From Polyangia bacterium (GTDB taxonomy: Bacteria; Myxococcota_A; Polyangia; Fen-1088), in the NCBI GenBank assembly GCA_038257535.1, contig JBBSJE010000003.1:1436-65435 (forward strand): a stretch of DNA of 64,000 nt, given 5' to 3'. Shown one piece after another: positions 17,276 to 25,434 of this stretch (positions are counted from its first letter, which is position 1; every line of letters begins with the position of its first letter). Under the pieces are notes generated by a model that did no database searches, had not been told where the DNA came from, and saw only the letters and a list, made by a program, of their open reading frames with translations. A program made the translations under genes and the position numbers.

Positions 17276-18880
17276 TTAGAGCGGTCGCGTGGACTCTTGT
17301 CGCCAATCACTCGAACGCATGCCAATCACGTTGTACACGGCAAGCTCTTTTTCTTTCCCCTTCACACGCAATGGAGGCAAGCGGATGGCCGCCACGCGAT
17401 CCATGACTTTTTGATAGGTATGTTCAGATACCAGCAGTTGACCGGGTTTGGCGTTTGAGCACAACCGCGCAGTGGTGTTGACAGCGTCGCCGATGGCCGT
17501 GTACTGCAAGGCGCGGGAGCTACCAATGGCCCCCGTAACCACTTCCCCGGTGTTGATGCCGATGCCGATTTCAATCTCAGGCAAGCCTTCAGACACCCGC
17601 ACCCGGTTCCAATCCTTGAGCACCTTCAGCATTTCCAGCGCGCACTCAATGGCGCACAATTCGGCCGTGGGAATGGGCACGGGCGCACCGAACAGCGCAA
17701 TGACCTCGTCGCCCACGAACTTATCCAGCGTGCCCTGATGGCGGAAGATCACATCCACCATGATCTCGAAGTATTCGTTCAGCATGCGAACGATCTCTTC
17801 GGGCGATGTATTTTCGCTCATGCTGGTGAAGCCGCGGATGTCGGAAAACAGCAAGGTGATCTCGCTGCGTTGGCCACCCTTTTCTAGCTGAAGGTGACCT
17901 TTAACGATCTGCTCAACGAGGTTGGGCGAAAGCAGCCGTTGAAATTGCGCGCGCGTGCTGGCTTCGTGCTCAATCTTCTTGGCCAGCAGAGTGTTTGAGA
18001 TCGCAACTGCGGCTTGGCCCGCAATGCTGCTGAAGATCTGCAGGTCTTTTTCACCAAAAGCATTGGCTGTGATCAGCGAATCCAGGTGCATGATGCCCAA
18101 GATTTCGCCCTTGTGCAAAAGCGGCACCGTCATGGTGGATCTGATGCCCTGAATGATGATCGAGTGGGCGCCCGAAAACCGGCTGTCCATCGACGCATCC
18201 GAAGACAGCACGGCAATCTTTTTCGCCAGAACCTCGTTGATGATCGACGACGAAAGCGCGATCTGTTCGGCGCGGCCGTCACGCGTGCGGGCGATGCGCG
18301 GCGTGGGTACACCATTTTCCAACAGCAAAATCACGCCTCGATCGGCGGGAAGCAGATCAAACGCTTTGGCGATGATCTTGTCCAGCAGCACGTCCAGGTT
18401 CACTTCCAAGCCAATGGAACGGCCCAGTTCGTGCGCCATGCGCAGCTTTTCGTAGTCGCGCCTCAAGACATCCAGATCCGTGATGCGCGCCTCAGGGAGA
18501 AACTCTTGGTCCTCGCGCTGCGTCTGTATGGTTTGACGAATCAGCGTCTCCTGGGAGTGCTCGATGGTGACTTGTTGCGCCGGCGCGGGGGCCATGGCCT
18601 GGGCGCGGTACACCAGCCGCGTGGCGCCCATCACAATCTCGTCGCCCTCGACGAAGATGCGTTCGCCCACCCGCTCATCGGCGTAGAACGAGCCGTTCAA
18701 GCTGCCCAGGTCGCGGAACAAAAACCGTCCGTCCGGCTGCCGGATGATCTGGGCATGCTCTTTGGAGACAATGCGGTCCAGAATTTGGATGGTGTTGTCC
18801 GGATGCCGCCCAATGGTGGTCATTGGGCCTAGCTCGAACTCACGTTCCTCGTTGTTGGCAACTACTATCAGCTTGGGCAT
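17276..18880 (-). CDS. FHA - GAF - class III adenylate/guanylate cyclase
   Basis: FHA domain: TIGRHPDNTIQILDRIVSKEHAQI...RDLGSLNGSF. A central GAF-like region follows. Cyclase domain: ITLLFSDIRGFTSMSE, KFVGDEVIALFGAP, IGINTGEVVTGAIGS, YTAIGDAVNTTARL. Confidence 0.9.
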   Translation of the reverse strand: MPKLIVVANNEEREFELGPMTTIGRHPDNTIQILDRIVSKEHAQIIRQPDGRFLFRDLGSLNGSFYADERVGERIFVEGDEIVMGATRLVYRAQAMAPAPAQQVTIEHSQETLIRQTIQTQREDQEFLPEARITDLDVLRRDYEKLRMAHELGRSIGLEVNLDVLLDKIIAKAFDLLPADRGVILLLENGVPTPRIARTRDGRAEQIALSSSIINEVLAKKIAVLSSDASMDSRFSGAHSIIIQGIRSTMTVPLLHKGEILGIMHLDSLITANAFGEKDLQIFSSIAGQAAVAISNTLLAKKIEHEASTRAQFQRLLSPNLVEQIVKGHLQLEKGGQRSEITLLFSDIRGFTSMSENTSPEEIVRMLNEYFEIMVDVIFRHQGTLDKFVGDEVIALFGAPVPIPTAELCAIECALEMLKVLKDWNRVRVSEGLPEIEIGIGINTGEVVTGAIGSSRALQYTAIGDAVNTTARLCSNAKPGQLLVSEHTYQKVMDRVAAIRLPPLRVKGKEKELAVYNVIGMRSSDWRQESTRPL

Positions 18881-18926
18881 CAGCCGGTCGTGGCCCCGAG
18901 TGTATCACGACGATGGAAAACGCCAC

Positions 18927-19358
18927 CTACCAGTCCACGCGGGCCGCGTCGGTTTCCACCCGCATGTGGTGGTTGATGGGATATCGCTTGTCTAAGCCCA
19001 CAAGTTCAAACGACGACACGAACCGCGTTTCAAGCGAAACGGTTTTGGGGTTCATATCGACAAGGAGCTGCAGGTCTGGGTCGGTGACGCCCACCTTCAG
19101 CAAATTGGCGCGCAGAGTTTTTTCAAGCGTTTCCTTGTTGCGCAGGGTGTGCTTGTCCTGCCGAAGGTTCAAGCGGTAGAGCTGGATCAAGGCATCCTGC
19201 ATTTCGCTTTTTGCGTTCGATTTGAGCCGTATCGTAGGCCAATAGCAGTAAGCCAAATACACCATCGCACCCAGGATCAAGCAAACGGAAATCGAAACCG
19301 GGTTGATGGCGTGTGGCTGCTTGTAGGAAACGGGGGCACGGCGCGAAGGTTGTTGCAT
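18927..19358 (-). CDS. Hypothetical single-pass membrane protein (143 aa)
   Basis: It has one hydrophobic helix (VSISVCLILGAMVYLAYCYW) and a soluble C-terminal domain. It is tightly packed between the flanking minus-strand genes, with 7-nt and 46-nt gaps. Confidence 0.5.
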   Translation of the reverse strand: MQQPSRRAPVSYKQPHAINPVSISVCLILGAMVYLAYCYWPTIRLKSNAKSEMQDALIQLYRLNLRQDKHTLRNKETLEKTLRANLLKVGVTDPDLQLLVDMNPKTVSLETRFVSSFELVGLDKRYPINHHMRVETDAARVDW

Positions 19359-19365
19359 GGCATCC

Positions 19366-20460
19366 TCAGGGCGACAAACCGGAATCGCTGGGGGGGCTGT
19401 TGCCCTGCGCGGTTAAGACCTGCGCCAGCTGGCTGCGCAGGCACACGAGACCAATCACCATTTGCACGGACACGGCGAGCACCCAACCGGTGAGGCTGGC
19501 GGCAAACACCGCCGCTTCGGCAGGGCGACCGTCGCCGGGGCCATAGGGCGCAAACACAGCCACCATCACCGCTTGCACGGCGCCCAGGCCCTGACCAGGA
19601 AGGGGAATGGCTGCCACCAAGAACGAGATCGGCAGAAACAAAAGCGCCTGAAGTGGGGGCACTTGCACGTCAAAGGCGTAAAGGTAGAGGTAGGCAAACA
19701 CGAGCAAGCTGGCGATGTGGGGCAGGCGCGCCAACAGGGCTTTGCCGTGGCCTGCCAGGCCTGCGGAAAACAACACCTGGAAAACTTCGCGGCGGGCCAA
19801 AAACTTGGGTTTGGCCAGCACAAGCGCCACATAAGCGGCAAGCCCACCGTAGCCGGCTAGGGCCAAAATGCGGGCGGTGGCCAAGGTGCCCGAAGCGGCG
19901 TCGGGCACGTCACCCGACAGGGCCAATCCGGCGGTGGCGGCAAACAACAACAGCAGCAAGTTGGTGCCCATGATCAAGAGCACGGTGGCCCCTGTGCGCA
20001 AGATGGGAACGCGCTTGGTTTTGTGCAGAAAATACGCAAACGCGCCTTGGCCCACGGCGTAGTTCACCAGCGCCAAGATGTACGAGGCACCGCGAACGGT
20101 GAGGGCTTCGCGGTAGGTCAGCGGGGCGGCGAACCACGAGAAGGTCTTCCAGGCCGCAAAGGTGTCGGCGGCGTAAACGACCAACACCATAAAAACCAAC
20201 ACGGGCAGCGTCCATGGCGCGGCGTTGGCGAGCGAAGCGGCCACGTCGCGCAGCGGGATTCGCGAAAACAGATACACCAAAATGGCCACGGCCACCGCCC
20301 AGGCGCCCAAACGGACGAGGCGCTGGGTTGACGTTTTTGCGGGCTTGGGTGCGGGCGAGCCCGAGGGCACCGGCGAGCGCGCCGGCGAGGTCGGCAAGGG
20401 TGATGGCAAGGGTGATGGCAAGGGTGATGGTAGAGGCGGCTGCATGGACGGGCGCATCAT
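19366..20460 (-). CDS. Flippase-like / lysyl-phosphatidylglycerol-synthase-TM-like (UPF0104) membrane protein
   Basis: ORF 19366..20601 trimmed to ATG 20460 (MMRPSMQPPLPSPLPSPLPSPLP). It has 8 or more hydrophobic helices. RLVRLGAWAVAVAILVYLFSRIP...ALVNYAVGQGAFAYFL is typical of the family as I remember it. Confidence 0.65.
   Translation of the reverse strand: MMRPSMQPPLPSPLPSPLPSPLPTSPARSPVPSGSPAPKPAKTSTQRLVRLGAWAVAVAILVYLFSRIPLRDVAASLANAAPWTLPVLVFMVLVVYAADTFAAWKTFSWFAAPLTYREALTVRGASYILALVNYAVGQGAFAYFLHKTKRVPILRTGATVLLIMGTNLLLLLFAATAGLALSGDVPDAASGTLATARILALAGYGGLAAYVALVLAKPKFLARREVFQVLFSAGLAGHGKALLARLPHIASLLVFAYLYLYAFDVQVPPLQALLFLPISFLVAAIPLPGQGLGAVQAVMVAVFAPYGPGDGRPAEAAVFAASLTGWVLAVSVQMVIGLVCLRSQLAQVLTAQGNSPPSDSGLSP
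20393..20430 (-). repeat. 12-nt in-frame tandem repeat (ggcaagggtgat x3) encoding (PLPS)n
   Basis: Read directly from the sequence: three perfect copies plus a partial one. Confidence 0.85.
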
Positions 20461-20526
20461 CGCACGATGTGGCGGCAAAAGAAGTTCTTCCCCCAAGCCC
20501 CTGGGTCGAAGTACGCTGCAACCGCC

Positions 20527-21474
20527 ATGACTGTGACGGGGCTCGAAACACCGCAGGGTTTGGCGCCACTCACGTGGGAGGCGCCGGAGGGGTGGCTGCA
20601 ATCACAGTCTTGCCGGCTGGCAGCGTACCTACCCTTGGAGGGTTTGGTGGCGGGTCGGCGCGTGCTTGATGTGCGGGGCGTGCCAGCGGCCCACGATCGT
20701 TTGCGCCGCGCGCGGGCCCGCGGGGTGGTGAGCGTGGGCGCCACCCCATGGCGGGTTCCTGACGCCAGCATGGACGTTGTCTTGCTGCTGGACGCTGGCT
20801 CCCCCGTGCAGCCCGATGTGTTGGCCGAGGTCAAGCGGGTGCTGTCTCCACAAGGTTTTGTGGCGTGGCGGCTGGCGGCTCCAGCTGGCCATAGCCGGGG
20901 CGAATTGACCGCGCCGCTAACCCAGGCTTTCGCCACTGTTGAGTCGCTGGGTCAGGTTCCCATCGCCGGGTTTACTTTTGATCGCGGCGGCAGTCCCGAG
21001 GTGGTGGTGGCCGAGGACCTGTTCCCTACCAGCGCCGCCCCCAGCCACATTTTGGCCTTGTGCGCGCCCGGCTCCGATCGGCCGTGGGAGGGATTGGAGT
21101 CATGGGTGGTGCCGTTGGCCCGGCCCGAGGTTGCAGGGCGGGCCGCCCCGCCTTTGCCGGATGAGCGCGCGGCCTGGGAGCAACGAATCGCAGAGCTCTT
21201 GCATGAGCGCGAATACCTGCGGGAAGCCGTGATGACTTTGCAAGACGAGCGCGAACGGCTGGAACGCTTGGCCACCAATTTGCGCCGAGATGCCGACCGC
21301 AATTTGGCGCGGTTGTCTGAGCAAGCGGCGGCGCTCGAGGTGTTGGGCTTGGAGCGAGACCACGCCGAGCGGCGCGCGGGGCGGGCAGGTGCGGCCCGTG
21401 GGCCTGGGGAGGATCTGCATCCCGATCTCAGTGGCCCCGACACGATGGTGGATTCCCCTTGGCGACCCGCTTGA
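20527..21474 (+). CDS. Hypothetical protein: degenerate class I methyltransferase-like N-terminus plus C-terminal coiled coil
   Basis: ORF 20467..21474; ATG 20527 is preferred because 20467 would leave only 6 nt to the divergent gene. RRVLDVRG...VVLLLDAG...VLAEVKRVLSPQGFV resembles the SAM-MTase motif I/post-I/III spacing but lacks the GxGxG loop. The C-terminus has a heptad-like ERERLERLATNLRRDADRNLARLSEQAAALE. Confidence 0.5.
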   Translation: MTVTGLETPQGLAPLTWEAPEGWLQSQSCRLAAYLPLEGLVAGRRVLDVRGVPAAHDRLRRARARGVVSVGATPWRVPDASMDVVLLLDAGSPVQPDVLAEVKRVLSPQGFVAWRLAAPAGHSRGELTAPLTQAFATVESLGQVPIAGFTFDRGGSPEVVVAEDLFPTSAAPSHILALCAPGSDRPWEGLESWVVPLARPEVAGRAAPPLPDERAAWEQRIAELLHEREYLREAVMTLQDERERLERLATNLRRDADRNLARLSEQAAALEVLGLERDHAERRAGRAGAARGPGEDLHPDLSGPDTMVDSPWRPA

Positions 21475-21511
21475 CCAAAGGGCTTGTGTCCCCTATGGTC
21501 TGCATCCCGTC

Positions 21512-21595
21512 GCGGTCGTGGCGGAATTGGTAGACGCGCCAGATTCAGGTTCTGGTGAGAGCAATCTTGTGAGAGTTCGAGTCTCTCCGACCGCA
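21512..21595 (+). tRNA. tRNA-Leu (anticodon CAG), long variable arm
   Basis: Hand-folded. The acceptor stem is GCGGTCG/CGACCGC, the anticodon stem CCAGA/TCTGG carries loop TTCAGGT, and the T-arm is GAGAG-TTCGAGT-CTCTC. There is a long variable arm and discriminator A. CCA is not fully encoded. Confidence 0.9.
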
Positions 21596-21607
21596 CCTGT
21601 CAGCCCG

Positions 21608-21630
21608 CGTCGTCCAAACGACGTCCCTTT
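21608..21630 (+). terminator. Short hairpin plus T-rich tail after the tRNA
   Basis: cgtcgt-ccaa-acgacg (6 bp, tetraloop) followed by tcccttt. Confidence 0.3.
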
Positions 21631-21683
21631 GGCGCGTCGCGCCTGAACAGCGGGAGTCGTTACACACTCCATATGCCAACCAG

Positions 21684-23162
21684 ATGAAAAAGTCTTCAAG
21701 GTTAGGTACGGGAGTTCTTAAGAGGCTAGGCGTGTGGGCGCGAACGAGCCTGGTTCCGCTGATGCAAGGGACCTTGGCTTTGGTCGTTCTCGCTTGCGTG
21801 CTTGTCGCCGTAGCTGGTTTTGGAATCTACGGTTTCGGGGCTTGGCGGGTCTGGTGGGTTTTGGCAGGTAGCGTGGCAACAGCGTTGCTTGTGGCGATCA
21901 CGCTGCTTGGCGGTGCTCGCATTCAAATGCCCTTGCGACGCTTGCTTCCCTTGCTCCTCGTGGTGGCCGCGGTTTGGATGGATCAAGGCTGGACGCCCAA
22001 TGGCGTGCCGATTGAGTTTTTGCACGCGCGCCTCTCGCTGGTCTTGATGTTGTCCGTAGTTTTTTCACAACTTGCGTGGTTGTACCCACGTGCTGCAAGG
22101 GCGCTTCCTTTTGGTTTGTTCGTAGCGTTCGGCACGGCGTGGTACCTGTGGCAGATTGTCGAGTTCGTGCCGTCACCGTTTGTCGACGTCTGGCACCACC
22201 TTGACAAAGCGGCGGCGGTCTTGGCCGAAGGCAAGAATCCTTATGCAACGTTCTTTCCTGACTTCTATCAGGGGCGCGCGTGGTACGGCTTCGATGCACC
22301 GGGGTTTCCCTATCCTCCCCCCGTCCTGTTGACCGCATATTTCGCCAAGGTCATAGCTGTTGACGTGCGGTACGTGCTTGGCGGCCTTGTCGTACTTTCG
22401 GCAGGCATTGTCCGACAAGTGGCTCGCACTTCAGGATGGCCGCGCAGCGCTGCGACCCTCCTTGCGGTCGCTTACATGCAGGTCCCTCACCTTGGCTTCG
22501 TACTGGTGAGCGGGCATTCGGAACCAATATCCGGCTTCTTGCTAGCCCTGTCTTGCCTTCTGATGAGCAGAGGCAATGTTCTCGCGGCTTTCTTTGTCGC
22601 AGGTGTTTTCTTTACCTCAAAACAGTATTTGATCGTCTTGGTGCCGATAGCACTCCTTGCCACCAGTACCTGGCGGCACGTTTTCGCCCTTGGAGCGGGA
22701 AGCCTGATTTTGTGGCTTCCTTGGATCGTGCTCGATGTCCGAGCGCTGTGGAATGCGACTTTTCAAACTCACCTTGATCGCCCAGCCCGCAAAGATGCCT
22801 TGACGATATCCGCTTGGAGACTGAACCATGGGCTCATGCCCCTTCGAAGGTGGCTTCCCATAGCCACTGGCCTCGTCGGTGCGATTCTAAGTGGCCTGCG
22901 CTTCAAAACGCCCCAGAGAATTCCCCTCTACGTTGGGATGGTTCTACTGCCCATGTTGCTTGTGAGTCCTCAGGCCTTTGGCAATTACTACACACTGGCG
23001 TATTGGAGCTTCATTGTCGGCCTCGCGTCCTTCCCTGCGCATGACGCCCGCCCTGAAGTGTCTTGGGCGTGGAAGTCCATCGCTTCTTCATTCGCCCTTG
23101 TTCGGCGAAGAAACCGCGATCTGCGCAGCAAAAGCCTGCTAGTGCCTAGCGGTGAGATGTAG
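21684..23162 (+). CDS. Polytopic membrane glycosyltransferase-like protein (GT-C fold, DUF2029/GT87-like)
   Basis: 492 aa with more than 10 hydrophobic helices. The first loop, VDVWHHLDKAAAVLAEGKNPY....FPYPPPVLL, resembles the D..vY..a...l.G..pY....f.Y.P motif of DUF2029-type GT-C enzymes (from memory). Confidence 0.5.
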   Translation: MKKSSRLGTGVLKRLGVWARTSLVPLMQGTLALVVLACVLVAVAGFGIYGFGAWRVWWVLAGSVATALLVAITLLGGARIQMPLRRLLPLLLVVAAVWMDQGWTPNGVPIEFLHARLSLVLMLSVVFSQLAWLYPRAARALPFGLFVAFGTAWYLWQIVEFVPSPFVDVWHHLDKAAAVLAEGKNPYATFFPDFYQGRAWYGFDAPGFPYPPPVLLTAYFAKVIAVDVRYVLGGLVVLSAGIVRQVARTSGWPRSAATLLAVAYMQVPHLGFVLVSGHSEPISGFLLALSCLLMSRGNVLAAFFVAGVFFTSKQYLIVLVPIALLATSTWRHVFALGAGSLILWLPWIVLDVRALWNATFQTHLDRPARKDALTISAWRLNHGLMPLRRWLPIATGLVGAILSGLRFKTPQRIPLYVGMVLLPMLLVSPQAFGNYYTLAYWSFIVGLASFPAHDARPEVSWAWKSIASSFALVRRRNRDLRSKSLLVPSGEM

Positions 23163-23229
23163 GCATTGACGCTGCTGCCTCAGGCGGCTCGTTGCCCGCT
23201 TGACCTTTTCCCCAACTTAAGCGAAACGC

Positions 23230-24447
23230 ATGTACATGCGCGCGCACTGGCTCGTGGTTGGACTTTGGATGTGTTTCACGCTGCCTGCACGCGGGGCCCA
23301 TGCTCAAGCGGAGGCAGCCGAAGCTGAGGCCCCTGCATCCGTGGAAGCGGCCGCCTCGCCTACCACCAAGCTCACTGCCGAACAATGGGAACGCAGCTAC
23401 GACAAGGCCCGCTCGGCATTGAAAGACGGCGCTTTCATCGCTGCGGCTGCGGCTTTGTCACAGCTGGCAGAGCAAGCGCCCGACGCCACCCGCAAACGCG
23501 TGGCGCTGGAGGCGTCTTGGCTGGCGCTGTATTGGTCCAAGCGAGGCTATGCCCTTCAAGTGCCATCGTCTTCATCGGACACAGACGAGGGCGGGGGGGC
23601 GAGGCCCAGCAAACGCACCACCGATGAACTGGCGATTCTCTACACCTCGTCCGTGATCTACGGCGTAGGCTCCGGGGTGGCTCTGGCCATGCTCACCGAG
23701 CCCAATTCCGCTGCCGGGGCCATTTTGCCCACGCTGGCCCTGGCCGGCGTTTCTGCCACCGCGGTGTATCAGATCGACAAGCGCGTGGGCCTTCGCTACG
23801 GCGCCGCGCAGGCCATGACCTCGGGGCTTTACATTGGGTTTGAGGAAGGTCTTGCGTGGGTGCTGTGGCAGCAAGAATACGCGCGATGGGAAAATCAACT
23901 CAGTGCCAAGCAAGTTGCCTCTGTGCTTTGGGCGACCAGCACGGTGGGCGTGGTGGCTGGCGGCTTGGTGGGACAGCTTTATGGCACCACCCCAGGACGC
24001 GCTTCGCTGATGGGATCGGGGGCGTTTTGGTCTGCGCTTGTGGTGGGCTTCGGTGTGGCCGCAATGACCGACAACACGCAAACGGCACTGCTCTCGTCCG
24101 CTGTGGCCTTGAACGTGGGCGCGGTGGGGGGCGTGTTGTTGGGGAACACCATGCGCCCTTCCATTGCGCGCGTGCGCTTCATTGATCTGGGCGGTGTGTG
24201 CGGTGGCTTGGTGTTGGGTGGCCTATACCTTGCCGTTGCCGACACAAGCGGAAACTCCCGCGCAGCTTTCGGCACCATAGCGGCCGGCTTCGGTGGCGGG
24301 CTGTTGGCGGCCGCTTACCTCACCCGCGATATGGAGCCTGACGATCCCCGTCGCCCGCGCGACGAATCGCAATTCAGCATGGTGCCCACAATCGCACCCA
24401 GTGCACATGGCCACGGAGGCACTTTGGGACTGGCAGGCGCTTTCTAA
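23230..24447 (+). CDS. Hypothetical exported/membrane protein (signal peptide, helical domain, Gly-rich TM region)
   Basis: Signal peptide MYMRAHWLVVGLWMCFTLPARGAHAQ. An Ala-rich helical N-domain is followed by about 7 Gly/Ala-rich hydrophobic segments. Confidence 0.55.
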   Translation: MYMRAHWLVVGLWMCFTLPARGAHAQAEAAEAEAPASVEAAASPTTKLTAEQWERSYDKARSALKDGAFIAAAAALSQLAEQAPDATRKRVALEASWLALYWSKRGYALQVPSSSSDTDEGGGARPSKRTTDELAILYTSSVIYGVGSGVALAMLTEPNSAAGAILPTLALAGVSATAVYQIDKRVGLRYGAAQAMTSGLYIGFEEGLAWVLWQQEYARWENQLSAKQVASVLWATSTVGVVAGGLVGQLYGTTPGRASLMGSGAFWSALVVGFGVAAMTDNTQTALLSSAVALNVGAVGGVLLGNTMRPSIARVRFIDLGGVCGGLVLGGLYLAVADTSGNSRAAFGTIAAGFGGGLLAAAYLTRDMEPDDPRRPRDESQFSMVPTIAPSAHGHGGTLGLAGAF

Positions 24448-24451
24448 GAAA

Positions 24452-24480
24452 AATGGCCCAAGCATTTCGGCTGGGCCATT
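24452..24480. terminator. Hairpin between convergent genes; on the minus strand it is followed by TTTTTCTT
   Basis: aatggccca-(11 nt)-tgggccatt, a 9-bp stem. Read on the minus strand, the stem is followed by tttttctt, giving a good intrinsic terminator for the RRM gene. The plus-strand tail is weaker (ctttgtt). Confidence 0.55.
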
Positions 24481-24513
24481 CGAGTGCTTTGTTACGTCTG
24501 TAAGGACGAGAGC

Positions 24514-24927
24514 TTACCAGCGTCCGCCGCCGCCACCGCCGCCGCCGCGGTCATACCCGCCGCCGCCGCCGCCACGGTCGCGATCGCGACCACCGCCGCC
24601 ACCGCCGCCACCGCCACTGCGACCGCCGCCGCCACCACCACGACCGCCGCCGCCACCGCCACCGCCGCCACCGCCGCCACTGCGCTCAAGCGCTTCGCTG
24701 ACGCGCAGGGTGCGACCGCGAAGGTCACGACCGTTCAGGTTTTGGATCGCATTGGCGCAGTCACCATCGGAACCCATCTCCACGAAAGCAAACCCGCGCG
24801 GGTTGTTGGTATACCGGTCGAGGGGGACTGCCACTGAGCGAACGTCGCCACATTCAGCAAACACTTCGCGAAGCTCATCCTCACCAACATCAAACGACAG
24901 ATTTCCAACAAACAACTTGTTTCCCAT
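24514..24927 (-). CDS. RNA-binding protein: single RRM plus a long Gly/Arg-rich tail
   Basis: RNP-2 is LFVGNL and RNP-1 is RGFAFVEM. The C-terminal ~55 residues are almost pure Gly interrupted by R, S, D and Y. Confidence 0.9.
   Translation of the reverse strand: MGNKLFVGNLSFDVGEDELREVFAECGDVRSVAVPLDRYTNNPRGFAFVEMGSDGDCANAIQNLNGRDLRGRTLRVSEALERSGGGGGGGGGGGGRGGGGGGRSGGGGGGGGGRDRDRGGGGGGYDRGGGGGGGGRW
24517..24685 (-). repeat. Low-complexity (GCC/ACC)n tract encoding the poly-Gly/RGG tail
   Basis: Read directly from the sequence. It generates several spurious Ala/Pro/Thr-rich ORFs in other frames. Confidence 0.85.
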
Positions 24928-25434
24928 AATACTCGTCCTCGTCTCTTACCCTTGCGGGCTCTTGTCTCTTAACGCCTGCTCTCACCAGCGAATCCAGCAA
25001 AAGCATTCGGGACAACCCGCCCCCAACTCACATTCCATTTGACGTCCTCGGCTGACCAAGGCGAAAAAGCAAAGCGACTCTAAGGACGAGGAACCCGTGC
25101 GCGGCTGAAATCTTAGCGGTTTGAGCGGCGCCCGTCCATTCTGGGACCGTGTGCCCCGCGAAATTAAAGCACAGCGCATCGCGTCGTGAGTCGCGACGCT
25201 TGCGCGCGGCAATCGCCTAGCCTCTTCCACGGCAGGCAAAAATGCGCGAATTGCCTTACAACATTGGCGGCTAGGCGCCGCGGGCTGCCTCGGAGGTGGC
25301 GTTAGGGGATCGGGTGACCTTTAGGTGGCCGCATGTCTTACAAATTGCCCGTTCAGCGCTTTCAATGCCCCGCCGATTCCCTATACTCGCGCGCTCATCC
25401 CTCACTAGAGCGCGGTCTGCCCAGGTCAAATTTA

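Noticed and set aside
17151-17306. Upstream extension of the CPA2-like gene to the ORF-track start at 17306, which would overlap the cyclase stop by 31 nt
   Set aside because: The extra 52 residues (MATRVHATALNTALQVGPEKKGCRNATSLPPPSPKCECYAIRESHERLAVLT) are non-hydrophobic and unlike CPA2 N-termini, so ATG 17150 is preferred. The longer form cannot be excluded without expression data.
17276-18880. Considered whether the cyclase is a CBASS/Pycsar-type defence cyclase with the downstream membrane proteins as effectors
   Set aside because: The enzyme is a standard class III cyclase with FHA and GAF sensory domains, a signalling-type architecture. I recognise no cyclic-nucleotide-binding effector domain in the neighbours, so a defence role remains pure speculation.
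21597-23229. Genomic island integrated at tRNA-Leu
   Set aside because: I found no integrase or recombinase and no direct repeat of the tRNA 3' end by eye. Only one gene has atypical composition, so this is kept as a low-interest finding rather than called a mobile element.
24293-25042. Three overlapping ORFs (24293..25042 +, 24484..24837 +, 24492..24728 -) with Pro-, Ala/Thr- or Ala/Val-rich translations
   Set aside because: They are alternative-frame readings of the (GCC/ACC)n tract that encodes the Gly-rich tail of the RRM protein. They have no start context or domain, and the RRM frame is clearly the real one.
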